From contig JBJOPS010000036.1 in the NCBI GenBank assembly GCA_046050465.1, positions 48,180 to 112,179 on the forward strand: 64,000 nt of DNA. Direction: 5' to 3'. A program made the translations under genes and the position numbers. The notes beneath the pieces are model-generated. The model was not told the DNA's origin and did no database searches. It saw only the letters and a list, made by a program, of their open reading frames with translations. The first letter of the stretch is position 1. Each line of letters opens with the position of its first letter. Shown one piece after another: positions 19,700 through 29,929 of this stretch. Source of the stretch: Pseudomonadota bacterium. Its GTDB lineage: Bacteria > Pseudomonadota > Gammaproteobacteria > Burkholderiales > Burkholderiaceae_C.

Positions 19700-21178
19700 T
19701 CAGCGTGCTGGACGGATCAACGCGTACTGCGCCCATTCGCCTCTGCGCAGCAAGACATTGACGGGTTTGCTCTTGTCAATTTTCGTAACCGCGGCATCAA
19801 ATTCCTTGACACTGGCGACTTCGATATTGGCAATGGCCACAATCACGTCACCTTCGCGAACGCCGGCCCGGGCGGCGCCTTCCGTTGCCGCTTCAACCTT
19901 GACGCCACCCTTGATCTTGAGTTCCTTCTTCTGTGCGTCACTGAGCTCGCTCACTGTCAACCCTAAAGCCTGAGCGGCCGGAGATTGTCTGGGCTTCTCT
20001 TCAGGCGCTGCTGCTTTCTTGACCGGTTTTTCCGGCTCGATTTCAGCAATCGTTACGCTCAGGTCTTTGGTCGCGCCACGACGAAACACCGTCAGCGTGC
20101 TCTTGGTCCCGGGTTTGGTAGCGCCCACCATGCGCGGCAAGTCACTGGATTTTTCAATGGATTTGCCGTCGAATTTGGTGATGATGTCGCCGGCTTCGAC
20201 ACCTGCTTTCTCGGCTGGAGAGCCCGTCTCCACGCCTCGCACCAGAGCCCCTTGTGGTTTGCCCAACCCAATAGACTCAGCCACCTCCTTGGTTACTTGA
20301 TCGATCTGCACGCCGATGCGACCACGCGAAACGCGGCCAGACGCGCGAAGCTGATCACTCACGCGCACCGCCTCATCCATCGGGATTGCGAACGAAATGC
20401 CCATGAAGCCGCCGGAGCGGGAGTAAATTTGGCTATTGATGCCCACCACCTCGCCACGCATATTGATCAACGGGCCACCCGAGTTGCCAGGGTTGATGGC
20501 CACGTCGGTCTGGATGAAGGGCAGGTAGTCGCCGGTGTCTCGCTGTTTGGCGCTCACAATGCCGGCGGTCACGGTATTTTCCAGACCAAACGGCGAGCCG
20601 ATAGCCATGACCCACTCACCCACCCTGAGTCGGCTCACATCCCCCGTTTTAACGGCAGGAAGCCCCACGGCTTCTATTTTGACAACCGCTACATCGCTGC
20701 GCTTGTCCGCTCCAATAATTCGGGCCTTGAACTCGCGCTTGTCCATGAGTGTGACCAACAATTCATCAGCACCATCAACCACATGGGCATTGGTCATTAC
20801 GTAGCCATCACTCGTCAGGATAAAACCCGATCCCACGCCACGTGGCTGTGGCTCCTCATCCTGTGGCTGGGCACGATTATTGGGCTTGGGCATCTGCTTT
20901 GGCAGGTTGGGAATGGGTACGCCAAATCGGCGGAAGAATTCCAGCATTTCTTCATCCATAGCACCACCGTTGCCGGGTGCTCTTGATGACATCTTCTCCT
21001 GTGTTCGAATGTTCACAACAGATGGACCAACTTGTTCAACCAGATCAGTGAAATCGGGCAACACACGGTTCTGTGCAAAAGCAGGCGCTACGGGTACAAA
21101 AACAGCAACAGCTATTGCGACCATCGTGCCGGTCAACATGCACAAGCGCAGCTTCTTCCAATCGGCTAAAAACATCAT
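19700..21178 (-). CDS. mucD: periplasmic serine endoprotease, DegP/DegQ/MucD family
   Basis: 492 aa with a signal peptide, TNAHVV, DVAVVK and GNSGGPL (catalytic triad), and two PDZ domains. Follows rseB, as in mucABCD-type loci. Confidence 0.9.
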   Translation of the reverse strand: MMFLADWKKLRLCMLTGTMVAIAVAVFVPVAPAFAQNRVLPDFTDLVEQVGPSVVNIRTQEKMSSRAPGNGGAMDEEMLEFFRRFGVPIPNLPKQMPKPNNRAQPQDEEPQPRGVGSGFILTSDGYVMTNAHVVDGADELLVTLMDKREFKARIIGADKRSDVAVVKIEAVGLPAVKTGDVSRLRVGEWVMAIGSPFGLENTVTAGIVSAKQRDTGDYLPFIQTDVAINPGNSGGPLINMRGEVVGINSQIYSRSGGFMGISFAIPMDEAVRVSDQLRASGRVSRGRIGVQIDQVTKEVAESIGLGKPQGALVRGVETGSPAEKAGVEAGDIITKFDGKSIEKSSDLPRMVGATKPGTKSTLTVFRRGATKDLSVTIAEIEPEKPVKKAAAPEEKPRQSPAAQALGLTVSELSDAQKKELKIKGGVKVEAATEGAARAGVREGDVIVAIANIEVASVKEFDAAVTKIDKSKPVNVLLRRGEWAQYALIRPAR

Positions 21179-21248
21179 CGCCCTTTCATTGAAAACCAGT
21201 TATCCGAAACAAGTGCAACGATATGGACTCTTTCCACGTTGACATGAG

Positions 21249-22340
21249 TTAATTGAGGCTGGACTTTTTTCGTTCAAGCCCCTGCGCAAAACCAGCGAGC
21301 GTCTGGGCTGGCGCTTCCCCCACAACAGTAAGCCACCAATCACCGATACGCCGGGTGATTGTCTGCGTAGCCCCTATGGCCATCAGACCTTCCTGGCCGT
21401 GCTGGCGGCGATCAAACAACTCCACAAAAAGCGAAACCGACGCAAGCCCATCCGAAAATATCCACTGCATCGTGTTGTCGGCCGCAGCCGTTTCAGTAGC
21501 CGCGACAGGCCGCTTGAAACAACTCATGGCTTTGAAACCGGCTACTGGCGCCTTGAGCACCCAGCCTTCAGCGGCCGCCGTTGTCTTGATCAACTCGGCG
21601 GGCCTGTCAACCTTGTAGCCCCCGGTGTTGCTCATCATCTGGTTGAGCTTTGTCATGTTCACGGGGGCATCCAGTTGCAACTCTGAAAAAGCAGACTGCT
21701 CCAGCACCCGCCCATCTACATCCAGTGTTTGCAGCTTTACCACCAGACCAGTCCGTCTTTCGCTCCAGACCCGATAGCCATAACGCAGCTTGTCTTTGGG
21801 TTGCAACACCACCACATCGGCATCAAATCCGGCCACACGGTCATGCCCTGCCTGGCGGGCACTGTAAAACTGCGCGATTGAAGAGTCCGCTGATTGCAGG
21901 AGATTCGGAAACAGCCCCAGCGACTCGCGACGCTCCGCCACCGCATGCTTGCTTTCGGGGAGGAAAGTAATGACCTGATCGTCGCGCCGGAACGTGGAAC
22001 GGGGCGTGCCGCTCAGCGACTCCACCCGCTCCATCTGATTCTGACCATCGCAGATATGCCAGATCTTCGCGCTGGCCATGCTGGACCCCGACGACACGAC
22101 AAAAGTGCCAATATAAGCGCGACGGCGTGACGCCTCATGCATGCGAAGAAGCCATTCGTTGATGCCACGGTCCGGTTGGGCAGCTTCAACCGCGCCGGAT
22201 GACAGGCCGGGTGCAGGCGATGCAGTCGTCTGCGCAACGCCAACACTGCAAGCCCCGGCAACCGCAGCCAAAGCCAGTGCAGCATCGCGCACGCGGCGAA
22301 GCCAGCTACCGGTAAACAGGGGCATCTGCATGGGTCGCAT
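21249..22340 (-). CDS. rseB: sigma-E regulatory protein RseB/MucB
   Basis: 363-aa secreted protein directly after the anti-sigma gene. MucB_RseB-like sequence (GTFVVSSGSSMASAKIWH...). Confidence 0.8.
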   Translation of the reverse strand: MRPMQMPLFTGSWLRRVRDAALALAAVAGACSVGVAQTTASPAPGLSSGAVEAAQPDRGINEWLLRMHEASRRRAYIGTFVVSSGSSMASAKIWHICDGQNQMERVESLSGTPRSTFRRDDQVITFLPESKHAVAERRESLGLFPNLLQSADSSIAQFYSARQAGHDRVAGFDADVVVLQPKDKLRYGYRVWSERRTGLVVKLQTLDVDGRVLEQSAFSELQLDAPVNMTKLNQMMSNTGGYKVDRPAELIKTTAAAEGWVLKAPVAGFKAMSCFKRPVAATETAAADNTMQWIFSDGLASVSLFVELFDRRQHGQEGLMAIGATQTITRRIGDWWLTVVGEAPAQTLAGFAQGLERKKSSLN

Positions 22341-22354
22341 GTCTTGTCCCCGCT

Positions 22355-22981
22355 TTAGCGGTTGGGCACCTCAAAAGTAGCATTACGCAGAAATCCGGCC
22401 GGCTTTTGCAAAGCCGACATTCCGCCAAACTGCTTGTGCGCGGCCAACAACTCATCCAGCCGTGGATCACGGATCATGATCTGGGGTTGCTCGAGCGCCA
22501 CCACGGCAGCCGCGACAGGGGGGGCCGCAGGTGCGGCTGCCAGGTTGACGGTTGGCGCGGTGTTGAGGCCACTTATCAGGCCCCATCCCACGGCGGCTAC
22601 GGCCGTGAGAGATGCCAGGCCTGCCACCGGTTTCCAGTGGAAGCGGGAAGCATTTGCACTACCTTTTTTAGTGTCAAATTGGCCAGTAGCCCACGTATTT
22701 ATTGCGTCAATAGCTATCAATTTAATAGCGTCTGATGATTGATCGGCTACCTCTTCACTCTTCAACCGGAGCTGCAGACGTGCAACAAATGCCAGATCAT
22801 TGTGACCGGCAGCATTTCCCGAGCGCAGCACGTCGCCCACCACGTGGTAGGCATGCCAGGTTGCGCGGGCATCATCGTCCTTGCTGACGGCTTCAACCAC
22901 CCGCGCAAACTCCTGCCCGCGCAACTGGCCGTCAGCCAGTGCGGAAATCGCTTCGCGCGTTTTCAACGTGTCGTTTGTCAT
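22355..22981 (-). CDS. rseA: anti-sigma-E factor, RseA/MucA-like
   Basis: 208 aa with an N-terminal anti-sigma domain (REAISALADGQL...WHAYHVVGDVLR), one TM segment and a periplasmic tail. Contains repeat copy 4 in frame. Confidence 0.7.
   Translation of the reverse strand: MTNDTLKTREAISALADGQLRGQEFARVVEAVSKDDDARATWHAYHVVGDVLRSGNAAGHNDLAFVARLQLRLKSEEVADQSSDAIKLIAIDAINTWATGQFDTKKGSANASRFHWKPVAGLASLTAVAAVGWGLISGLNTAPTVNLAAAPAAPPVAAAVVALEQPQIMIRDPRLDELLAAHKQFGGMSALQKPAGFLRNATFEVPNR
22676..22729 (-). repeat. 55-nt interspersed repeat, copy 4 (variant core), inside rseA-like CDS
   Basis: Minus strand: GCTATtaaattgaTAGCTattgacgcAATAAatacgtGGGCTActGGCCaattt. Confidence 0.85.
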
Positions 22982-23014
22982 CTTATTCCACCTTTTCAGA
23001 CCTGCTTTTCAGGC

Positions 23015-23641
23015 CTACCAACGTTTTCCCGACCGGTTATTCAGCAAGGGTTTTACTTTTTCAGAAATCGCCTCACGTGCCCGAAAAATGCGCGACCGCA
23101 CGGTTCCGATCGGGCAATTCATTACGGTCGAAATTTCCTCATAGCTCAGCCCTTCGATTTCCCTCAAAGTCACTGCCTGACGCAAATCCGCAGGCAAAGC
23201 GTCCATCGCGGCGTTCACCACCGCTGCAATTTCCTTGGCCGCCAGCACCGATTCCGGCGTTTCATCTGACGTTGGTTCGTTTCCGTGCCAGGAAGTTTCA
23301 TCGTCATCGTCACCTGAACGTAAAGACCCCTCAGACACGGTCGGATCGCGCTTGAGCTCCAGCAGCGCTTTCTTGGCGGTGTTGACGGCAATCCTGTACA
23401 GCCAGGTGTAAAACTGGGCGTCACCACGGAACTGGTGCAGGGCCCGGTAGGCACGGATGAAGGTTTCCTGAGCGATATCTTCCACCAGATCAACATCCCG
23501 CACCATGCGTCCAATCAGCCGCTGGATCCGGCGCTGGTATTTGATTACCAGCAATTCAAAAGCCCGTTGGTCACCCGCAACCGTGCGCTCGACCAGCATC
23601 AAGTCGCTATCGGTGGTAACGGGGGGCAGCGCGTCGGTCAT
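23015..23641 (-). CDS. rpoE: ECF RNA polymerase sigma factor RpoE/AlgU
   Basis: Start at the ATG giving MTDALPPV.... Region 2 is DIAQETFIRAYRAL and region 4 is REIEGLSYEEISTVMNCPIGTVRSRIFRAREA. The ORF track over-extends to 23731. Confidence 0.9.
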   Translation of the reverse strand: MTDALPPVTTDSDLMLVERTVAGDQRAFELLVIKYQRRIQRLIGRMVRDVDLVEDIAQETFIRAYRALHQFRGDAQFYTWLYRIAVNTAKKALLELKRDPTVSEGSLRSGDDDDETSWHGNEPTSDETPESVLAAKEIAAVVNAAMDALPADLRQAVTLREIEGLSYEEISTVMNCPIGTVRSRIFRAREAISEKVKPLLNNRSGKRW

Positions 23642-24108
23642 GACAACCCTGCGCCCACAGTCAAGGTAGTTGAGGCGGTACCCCTTTTTGTGCGGGGGTG
23701 AGCATAAATGGCCCGCCGCAGGGGCATCCACTGGACGGGGCTGGTCCGCCGTTCGAGCAATAGCCAGCGCGGCGCAACCCCCGCACCGAAATACTTCAAC
23801 AACAGGAATTTTTGAAAATCCAGATGAACCGCCAGCGTGCCGGAGATAACGGAATTGGCGTCAACCCAGATCCAATTGGACAGATCCCAGCGCAATTGGC
23901 CCGCCGGCATACGCCACCAGGCCCGAAGTGCGGCGGCTCCGGTCAGCACAAGCACAGTGAAGGTGAAACCTTGCCGCCAGCCCGTAACGGCCGGACCATG
24001 CAGCCAGAACAGCCACACACACAGACCTGTCAACCACAGGCTTGCGATGGCACACAAATGGGCCCAGGAGCGACGAACCGGATAGCTGACTGCAGGGGCG
24101 CCATACAT
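23638..24108 (-). CDS. two-TM membrane protein, CptA/YgfX-like (DUF1434-like)
   Basis: Start at ATG 24108, which avoids overlapping fabF. Two TM helices, then GQLRWD..NWIW....LLL....RWLLLER....W.PLRRAIY, resembling E. coli YgfX. Its stop overlaps the rpoE ATG (ATGA). Confidence 0.5.
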   Translation of the reverse strand: MYGAPAVSYPVRRSWAHLCAIASLWLTGLCVWLFWLHGPAVTGWRQGFTFTVLVLTGAAALRAWWRMPAGQLRWDLSNWIWVDANSVISGTLAVHLDFQKFLLLKYFGAGVAPRWLLLERRTSPVQWMPLRRAIYAHPRTKRGTASTTLTVGAGLS

Positions 24109-24130
24109 GGTCCGTCCCGATACGACGATC

Positions 24131-25375
24131 TCAGACCCGCTTGAAAACGAGTGTGCCGTTTGTCCCGCCGAAACCAAAATTGTTCTTCACCGCCACGTCA
24201 ATCTTCATGTCACGTGCCGTATTGGCACAGTAATCCAGGTCGCATTCGGGGTCCTGATTGAAGATGTTGATCGTGGGCGGAATCTTTTGATGGTGCAACG
24301 CCAGCACCGTGAATACGGACTCGATACCGCCCGCGCCACCCAGCAGGTGACCGGTCATGGACTTGGTGGAGTTCACCACGAGTTTTTTTGCATGGTCACC
24401 AAACGCGGCCTTGATGGCGTTGGTTTCATTGATATCACCTAATGGCGTTGAAGTGCCATGAGCGCTGACAAATTGAACGTCCCCGGCATTGACCCCCGCG
24501 TTGCGCAGTGCCATTTGCATGGAGCGACGCGGGCCGTCGACGCTGGGCGTGGTCATGTGATACGCATCACCGCTCATGCCAAAGCCGCACACTTCAGCAT
24601 ATATTTTGGCGCCGCGTGCCTTGGCGTGTTCGTACTCTTCGAGCACCACCACACCCGCACCTTCGCCCAGCACGAAGCCATCGCGATCCTTGTCCCAAGG
24701 GCGCGAAGCTGTCTTGGGGTCATCATTTCGCGTGCTCAGGGCACGGGCAGCGGCAAAGCCACCAACGCCCAATGGAGAGACAGTTGACTCGGCCCCGCCA
24801 GCCACCATGACATCACAGTCACCGTATTCGATCATGCGCGCCGACAGTCCAATGGCATGCAAACCGGTGGTGCAGGCTGTAACGACGGCCACGTTGGGGC
24901 CCTTGAACCCGAACTTGATGGATACATGGCCCGAAATCATGTTGATGATCGAAGCCGGCACAAAAAATGGTGACACGCGACGCGGGCCACGATTCACCAG
25001 TTCGTCCCGGGTTTGCTCGATCATGGGCAAACCACCAATACCCGAACCAATATTGCAACCGATGCGTGTGGCCTCTTCCTCGCTCAGGGCGTCGCCAACC
25101 GGCAAACCGGAATCAGCGACAGCCTGGCAGGCCGCCGCCAGCCCCAGGTGGATGAAGCGGTCCATGTGACGCGCTTCCTTCTCGGCAATGTAGTCCGCAA
25201 TATTGAATCCCTTGACCTCACCAGCGAATTTGCACGCAAAGGCACTCGCATCAAAGCTGGTGATGAGATCAATGCCGGACTGCCCGGCCAGCAATTGAGT
25301 CCATGACTCGGCCACCGTGTTGCCCACGGGGCTGATGCAACCCAATCCTGTTACGACTACGCGACGACGGGACAT
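24131..25375 (-). CDS. fabF: 3-oxoacyl-ACP synthase II
   Basis: [20 protein letters not shown]-terminus, active-site ACTTG, and the HGTSTP and GHLLGGAG motifs. Confidence 0.93.
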   Translation of the reverse strand: MSRRRVVVTGLGCISPVGNTVAESWTQLLAGQSGIDLITSFDASAFACKFAGEVKGFNIADYIAEKEARHMDRFIHLGLAAACQAVADSGLPVGDALSEEEATRIGCNIGSGIGGLPMIEQTRDELVNRGPRRVSPFFVPASIINMISGHVSIKFGFKGPNVAVVTACTTGLHAIGLSARMIEYGDCDVMVAGGAESTVSPLGVGGFAAARALSTRNDDPKTASRPWDKDRDGFVLGEGAGVVVLEEYEHAKARGAKIYAEVCGFGMSGDAYHMTTPSVDGPRRSMQMALRNAGVNAGDVQFVSAHGTSTPLGDINETNAIKAAFGDHAKKLVVNSTKSMTGHLLGGAGGIESVFTVLALHHQKIPPTINIFNQDPECDLDYCANTARDMKIDVAVKNNFGFGGTNGTLVFKRV

Positions 25376-25390
25376 ACGCTGAAGATCCAA

Positions 25391-25666
<276 letters not shown>

Positions 25667-25732
25667 TTAGCCGGGCTCGGGGCCTTCCCCTCATACCAGC
25701 CGCTGAACGGACAAACCAACTTGGAGCCTGGC

Positions 25733-26479
25733 TTACATGTACATCCCGCCATTGACGTGCAGCTCCTGCCCTGTCACATAACTGGCCTGTGGCGATGCCA
25801 GATACACCACCGCATGGGCAATGTCGGCAGGCTTGCCCAGATGGCCCAGCGGAATCTGGCCCAGCAGCGCCTTTTGCTGTTCTTCCTGCAAACTGGCGGT
25901 CATGTCGGTTTCGATAAAGCCGGGCGCTACACAGTTGACCGTCACGTTGCGCGAACCCAGTTCGCGGGCCAGCGCGCGGGTCATGCCGGCCACACCGGCC
26001 TTGGCGGCCGCGTAGTTGGCCTGGCCCGGGTTGCCCGATGCGCCCACCACACTGGTGATACTGATGATGCGGCCATAACGCTGCTTCATCATCGTGCGCA
26101 TCACGGCGCGGCTCATGCGGAAAACCGCTTTCAAATTGGTATCCAGCACGGCATCCCAGTCGTCATCTTTCATGCGCATGGCCAGGTTGTCGCGGGTGAT
26201 GCCCGCGTTATTCACCAGCACCTGCAAACCGCCGTGCTCCCTGACGATCGCGTCAATCACCGCTTCAGCTGCTGCAGCGTCGTTCACGTTCAGGTTTTTG
26301 CCGCTACAACCCGGGAAAGTTGCCAGTGCAGTGCTGATTTTGGCCGCCCCCTCATCGGTTGTGGCGGTGCCCACCACTTTCAGGCCGCTGCGGGCGAGTT
26401 CCAGTGCGATGGCGGCACCAATGCCACGGGAGGCGCCGGTTACCAGAGCCACCTGGCCTTCAAACTTCAGATCACTCAT
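25733..26479 (-). CDS. fabG: 3-oxoacyl-ACP reductase
   Basis: 248-aa SDR with TGASRGIG, NNAG and YAAAKAG. Confidence 0.93.
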   Translation of the reverse strand: MSDLKFEGQVALVTGASRGIGAAIALELARSGLKVVGTATTDEGAAKISTALATFPGCSGKNLNVNDAAAAEAVIDAIVREHGGLQVLVNNAGITRDNLAMRMKDDDWDAVLDTNLKAVFRMSRAVMRTMMKQRYGRIISITSVVGASGNPGQANYAAAKAGVAGMTRALARELGSRNVTVNCVAPGFIETDMTASLQEEQQKALLGQIPLGHLGKPADIAHAVVYLASPQASYVTGQELHVNGGMYM

Positions 26480-27437
26480 GACAAAGCCCTTTTACCTCGA
26501 TCAGACTGGCAGGATCAAAAAGAGGCAGGCCGGTCATCCCGGCGTCAATGCGCTTGACCATACCCGTCAGCACCTTGCCCGGACCGCATTCCACCACGGT
26601 TGTCAAGCCACGTGCCTTGATGGCCTGCACACACTCGACCCAGCGAACCGGTCCGAACGCCTGACGATAAAGCGCGTCACGGATGCGCTGCGCATCCATC
26701 TCCACCGCCACATCGATGTTGTTCACCAGCGCTACCTGCGGCGCGGCGAAGGTGATTGACGCCAGCTCGTGCTTCAATTTGTCGGCCGCGGGTTTCATCA
26801 GGCTGGAATGAAAGGGCGCCGACACCGGCAGCGGCAAGGCCCGTTTGGCACCGTTTGCCTTGAGAAGCTCACACGCTTTCTCGACGGCGGCCTTGCTGCC
26901 CGCGATGACGGTTTGGGCCGGATCGTTGAAATTGACTGCCTCCACGATTTCGTGGGCGTTTTCAATGCCAAAAGCTCGCATGGCCCCCGTCACTTCTGCG
27001 CAACCAGCTATTACTCTTGTAGCATCCATGCCCAGAATGGCGGCCATGGCCCCGGTTCCCACCGGCACCGCCTCCTGCATGGCCTGCGCCCGAAAACGCA
27101 CCAGCGGTGTGGCTTGAGCCAGCGTCAACACGCCCGCGGCCACCAGCGCCGAATATTCTCCCAGCGAATGCCCGGCCACAGCCTGGGGCGCAACGCCGGT
27201 CTCGGCCATCCAGACCCGATAAGCGGCCACAGCAGCCACCAGCATCACGGGCTGGGTGTTGGTGGTCAGCGCCAGGGCTTCTTTCGGACCGTCATGGATG
27301 AGTTGAGCCAGGTCTTCACCCAGCGCATCAGATGCTTCCAGCAAGGTCTGCCTGACCACGGGGTGGTCGCCCCAGGCGTCGAGCATACCGACGGACTGGG
27401 AGCCTTGCCCCGGAAAAACAAATGCGAAAGGTTTCAT
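26472..27437 (-). CDS. fabD: malonyl-CoA:ACP transacylase
   Basis: 321 aa with FPGQGSQ and GHSLGEYSAL. Confidence 0.92.
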   Translation of the reverse strand: MKPFAFVFPGQGSQSVGMLDAWGDHPVVRQTLLEASDALGEDLAQLIHDGPKEALALTTNTQPVMLVAAVAAYRVWMAETGVAPQAVAGHSLGEYSALVAAGVLTLAQATPLVRFRAQAMQEAVPVGTGAMAAILGMDATRVIAGCAEVTGAMRAFGIENAHEIVEAVNFNDPAQTVIAGSKAAVEKACELLKANGAKRALPLPVSAPFHSSLMKPAADKLKHELASITFAAPQVALVNNIDVAVEMDAQRIRDALYRQAFGPVRWVECVQAIKARGLTTVVECGPGKVLTGMVKRIDAGMTGLPLFDPASLIEVKGLCHE

Positions 27438-27460
27438 TGAATTTGCCGAAATTACAGGTT

Positions 27461-27514
27461 AAATGAGGCCTTATCCCTCGTGGAATATGCGTAAACAGCT
27501 ACAAATTCAGGAGC
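27461..27514 (-). repeat. 55-nt interspersed repeat, copy 5
   Basis: Minus strand: GCTCCtgaatttgTAGCTgtttacgcATATTccacgagGGaTAaGGCCtcattt, at the fabH 3' end and fabH-fabD spacer. Confidence 0.85.
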
Positions 27515-28476
27515 ACAGCGCCCCACGTGAAACCACCGCCCACACCTTCAAGCATGAGCAGTTGACCTGGCTTGACGCGGCCTGCACGCACACCGGCGTC
27601 CAGTGCCAGCGGAATCGACGCTGCCGATGTGTTGCCATGTTGGTCCACCGTCACGATCACTTTATCCATCGGCAGCTTGAGTTTTTTGGCTGTACTTTGC
27701 ATGATGCGGATATTGGCCTGGTGCGGAATCACCCAGTCGATATCGGCCTCTAGCCTGTCGGCTTTGGCCAACACCGTGCGGGCCGCCTGCTCCAGAACAC
27801 CCACCGCCAGCTTGAACACCGCCTGCCCATCCATCTTGAGGAACGGGTCACCCAGCACCTGGCCGCCTGATACGTGGCCCGGCACGCACAAAATGCCCAC
27901 GTGTTTGCCATCCGCGTGCAAATCACTGGCCAGAACACCCGGCGTGCTGGAAGCCTCCAGCACCACCGCACCGGCGCCATCACCGAACAGCACACAGGTG
28001 GTGCGGTCCCTGAAATCCAGAATGCGGGAGAAAATTTCCGAGCCGATCACCAGCGCCTTGTTTGCGACACCAGTTTGAATCATGGCGTCGGCAATCGTCA
28101 GCGCGTAAACAAAGCCGCTGCACACCGCCTGCACGTCAAACGCGGCGCCGCCCGGTGCGCCCAGCTTGTGCTGCACGATGCACGCCGTGGACGGAAAAAC
28201 CATGTCCGGCGTGGAGGTGGCCACGATGATCAGATCAATATCCCTGGCGTGCACACCTGCTGCCTGCAGGGCCTGTTTGGCGGCTGCGGTGGCCAGATCG
28301 CTGCAAACCACGTCGGTCGCTGCGAAATGCCGGGCCCGGATACCGGTGCGCTCGACAATCCATTCGTCCGAGGTTTCCACACCGGTCGCAGCCAACTCGG
28401 CTACCAGATCGGCATTGGTCAGGCGACGGGGAGGCAAGTAACTGCCGGTTCCGGTGATGCGGGAATATCGTCTCAT
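27499..28476 (-). CDS. fabH: 3-oxoacyl-ACP synthase III
   Basis: 325 aa with AVCSGF, HQANIRI and GNTSAASIP. The stop codon lies in repeat copy 5. Confidence 0.92.
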   Translation of the reverse strand: MRRYSRITGTGSYLPPRRLTNADLVAELAATGVETSDEWIVERTGIRARHFAATDVVCSDLATAAAKQALQAAGVHARDIDLIIVATSTPDMVFPSTACIVQHKLGAPGGAAFDVQAVCSGFVYALTIADAMIQTGVANKALVIGSEIFSRILDFRDRTTCVLFGDGAGAVVLEASSTPGVLASDLHADGKHVGILCVPGHVSGGQVLGDPFLKMDGQAVFKLAVGVLEQAARTVLAKADRLEADIDWVIPHQANIRIMQSTAKKLKLPMDKVIVTVDQHGNTSAASIPLALDAGVRAGRVKPGQLLMLEGVGGGFTWGAVLLNL

Positions 28477-29535
28477 TTAATGTGCTGGCGCCGGAGTGTC
28501 CACTTGCGTCGCCTGGGCAGCGCCCATCAGAAGCGGGGCCGCGTGGGCAATGCGCACTTGAAGCCGGTCAAGCAGGTTGTTGCGGGCTGCATCATACGCC
28601 CGGTTCAGCGCATAACCAAAGGCCATGGTGTCCGCCGAACCATGGCTCTTGAAGACCAGACCTCGCAGACCCAGCAGCGCACCACCGTTGTAGCGGCGGT
28701 GGTCCATCCGCTTTTTAAGCGCAGATATCACTGGATAAGCGATGATGGCGGCCATTTTGGTGAAGATGTTGCGCGAAAACTCCATCCGCAAAAATTCAAC
28801 AATCATGCTGGCCAGCCCTTCGCTGGTCTTGAGCGCAACATTGCCGACAAACCCGTCACACACCACGATGTCAGCCGTTCCCTTGAAAATATCGTTGCCC
28901 TCGACGTTTCCGTAAAAATTCAAATCACCCGCTTTAGACGCAGATCGCAACAGCTCACCCGTTTTTTTGATGACTTCGTTGCCTTTAATGGCTTCTTCAC
29001 CAATATTGAGCAGGCCGACCGACGGATTGTCGTTGCCACTCAGAACCGACACCAGGGCCGAGCCCATGACAGCAAACTGGAACAAGTGCGCCTCGGTGCA
29101 GTCCACATTGGCACCCATGTCCAGCACGGTGGTGGCCTGGCCTTTGGCATTCGGAATTTGCCCGGCAATCGCGGGGCGGTCAATGCCGTCCATGGTTTTG
29201 AGCACGTAGCGTGAAATGGCCATCAGCGCTGCCGTGTTGCCAGCCGAGACCGCCGCCTGGGCAGCCCCCTGTTTGACTTGCTCCACCGCCACGCGCATGG
29301 AAGAATCTTTTTTGCGGCGCAATGCCACTTCCAGCGGGTCATCCATGTCAACCACTTCACTGGCATTGACCCGCGTGGCGCGGGCATGAGAGAAAGCCTG
29401 CAACCTGTCAGGCAGGCCGACCAGAATCAACCCTGCGTCAGGATGTCTATCCAGAAATTCACGACAGGCAGGCAAAGTGATTTCCGGGCCATGGTCGCCC
29501 CCCATGCAATCAACAGCAATGGTGATCATCGACAC
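28477..29535 (-). CDS. plsX: phosphate acyltransferase PlsX
   Basis: 352 aa with [11 protein letters not shown]. Sits in the rpmF-plsX-fabH order. Confidence 0.92.
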   Translation of the reverse strand: MSMITIAVDCMGGDHGPEITLPACREFLDRHPDAGLILVGLPDRLQAFSHARATRVNASEVVDMDDPLEVALRRKKDSSMRVAVEQVKQGAAQAAVSAGNTAALMAISRYVLKTMDGIDRPAIAGQIPNAKGQATTVLDMGANVDCTEAHLFQFAVMGSALVSVLSGNDNPSVGLLNIGEEAIKGNEVIKKTGELLRSASKAGDLNFYGNVEGNDIFKGTADIVVCDGFVGNVALKTSEGLASMIVEFLRMEFSRNIFTKMAAIIAYPVISALKKRMDHRRYNGGALLGLRGLVFKSHGSADTMAFGYALNRAYDAARNNLLDRLQVRIAHAAPLLMGAAQATQVDTPAPAH

Positions 29536-29585
29536 TTATCGAAGATGCCAAGACAAGAGAAAAAGCGGAAACAGACGCACATGAC

Positions 29586-29632
29586 AAAGGCCCGACGCTA
29601 CAGGTAAAGCAGCTTCGGGCCTTTGTTTTTTT
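29586..29632. terminator. GC hairpin with flanking A/T runs between rpmF and plsX (partial terminator or attenuator)
   Basis: AAAGGCCCGA-19 nt-TCGGGCCTTT, with TTTGTTTTTTTT on the plus strand. On the minus (transcribed) strand only TTTGT follows, so readthrough into plsX is expected. Confidence 0.45.
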
Positions 29633-29639
29633 GTTTCTG

Positions 29640-29822
29640 TCAGGCTTCGGACTTGGTCTTCAGGACTTTGCGACCCCGGTAAAAACCGGTCGGACTGATG
29701 TGGTGACGCAGGTGGGTTTCACCGGTGGTCGGCTCCACGGCGATGCCTGGAACAACCAGTGCATTGTGCGAACGGTGCATGCCGCGCTTGGAAGGAGATT
29801 TCTTGTTTTGTTGGACGGCCAT
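29640..29822 (-). CDS. rpmF: 50S ribosomal protein L32
   Basis: 60 aa, [19 protein letters not shown]. Confidence 0.95.
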   Translation of the reverse strand: MAVQQNKKSPSKRGMHRSHNALVVPGIAVEPTTGETHLRHHISPTGFYRGRKVLKTKSEA

Positions 29823-29929
29823 GATCCGCTCCTGGTCTGTGCATGGCGAACACCGCCATGCGTTGGGTTAGATGGACACGCAAATAAAAAAATCGCGCGA
29901 AGCCCAAGATTATAGCCTAACTGGTTGAT

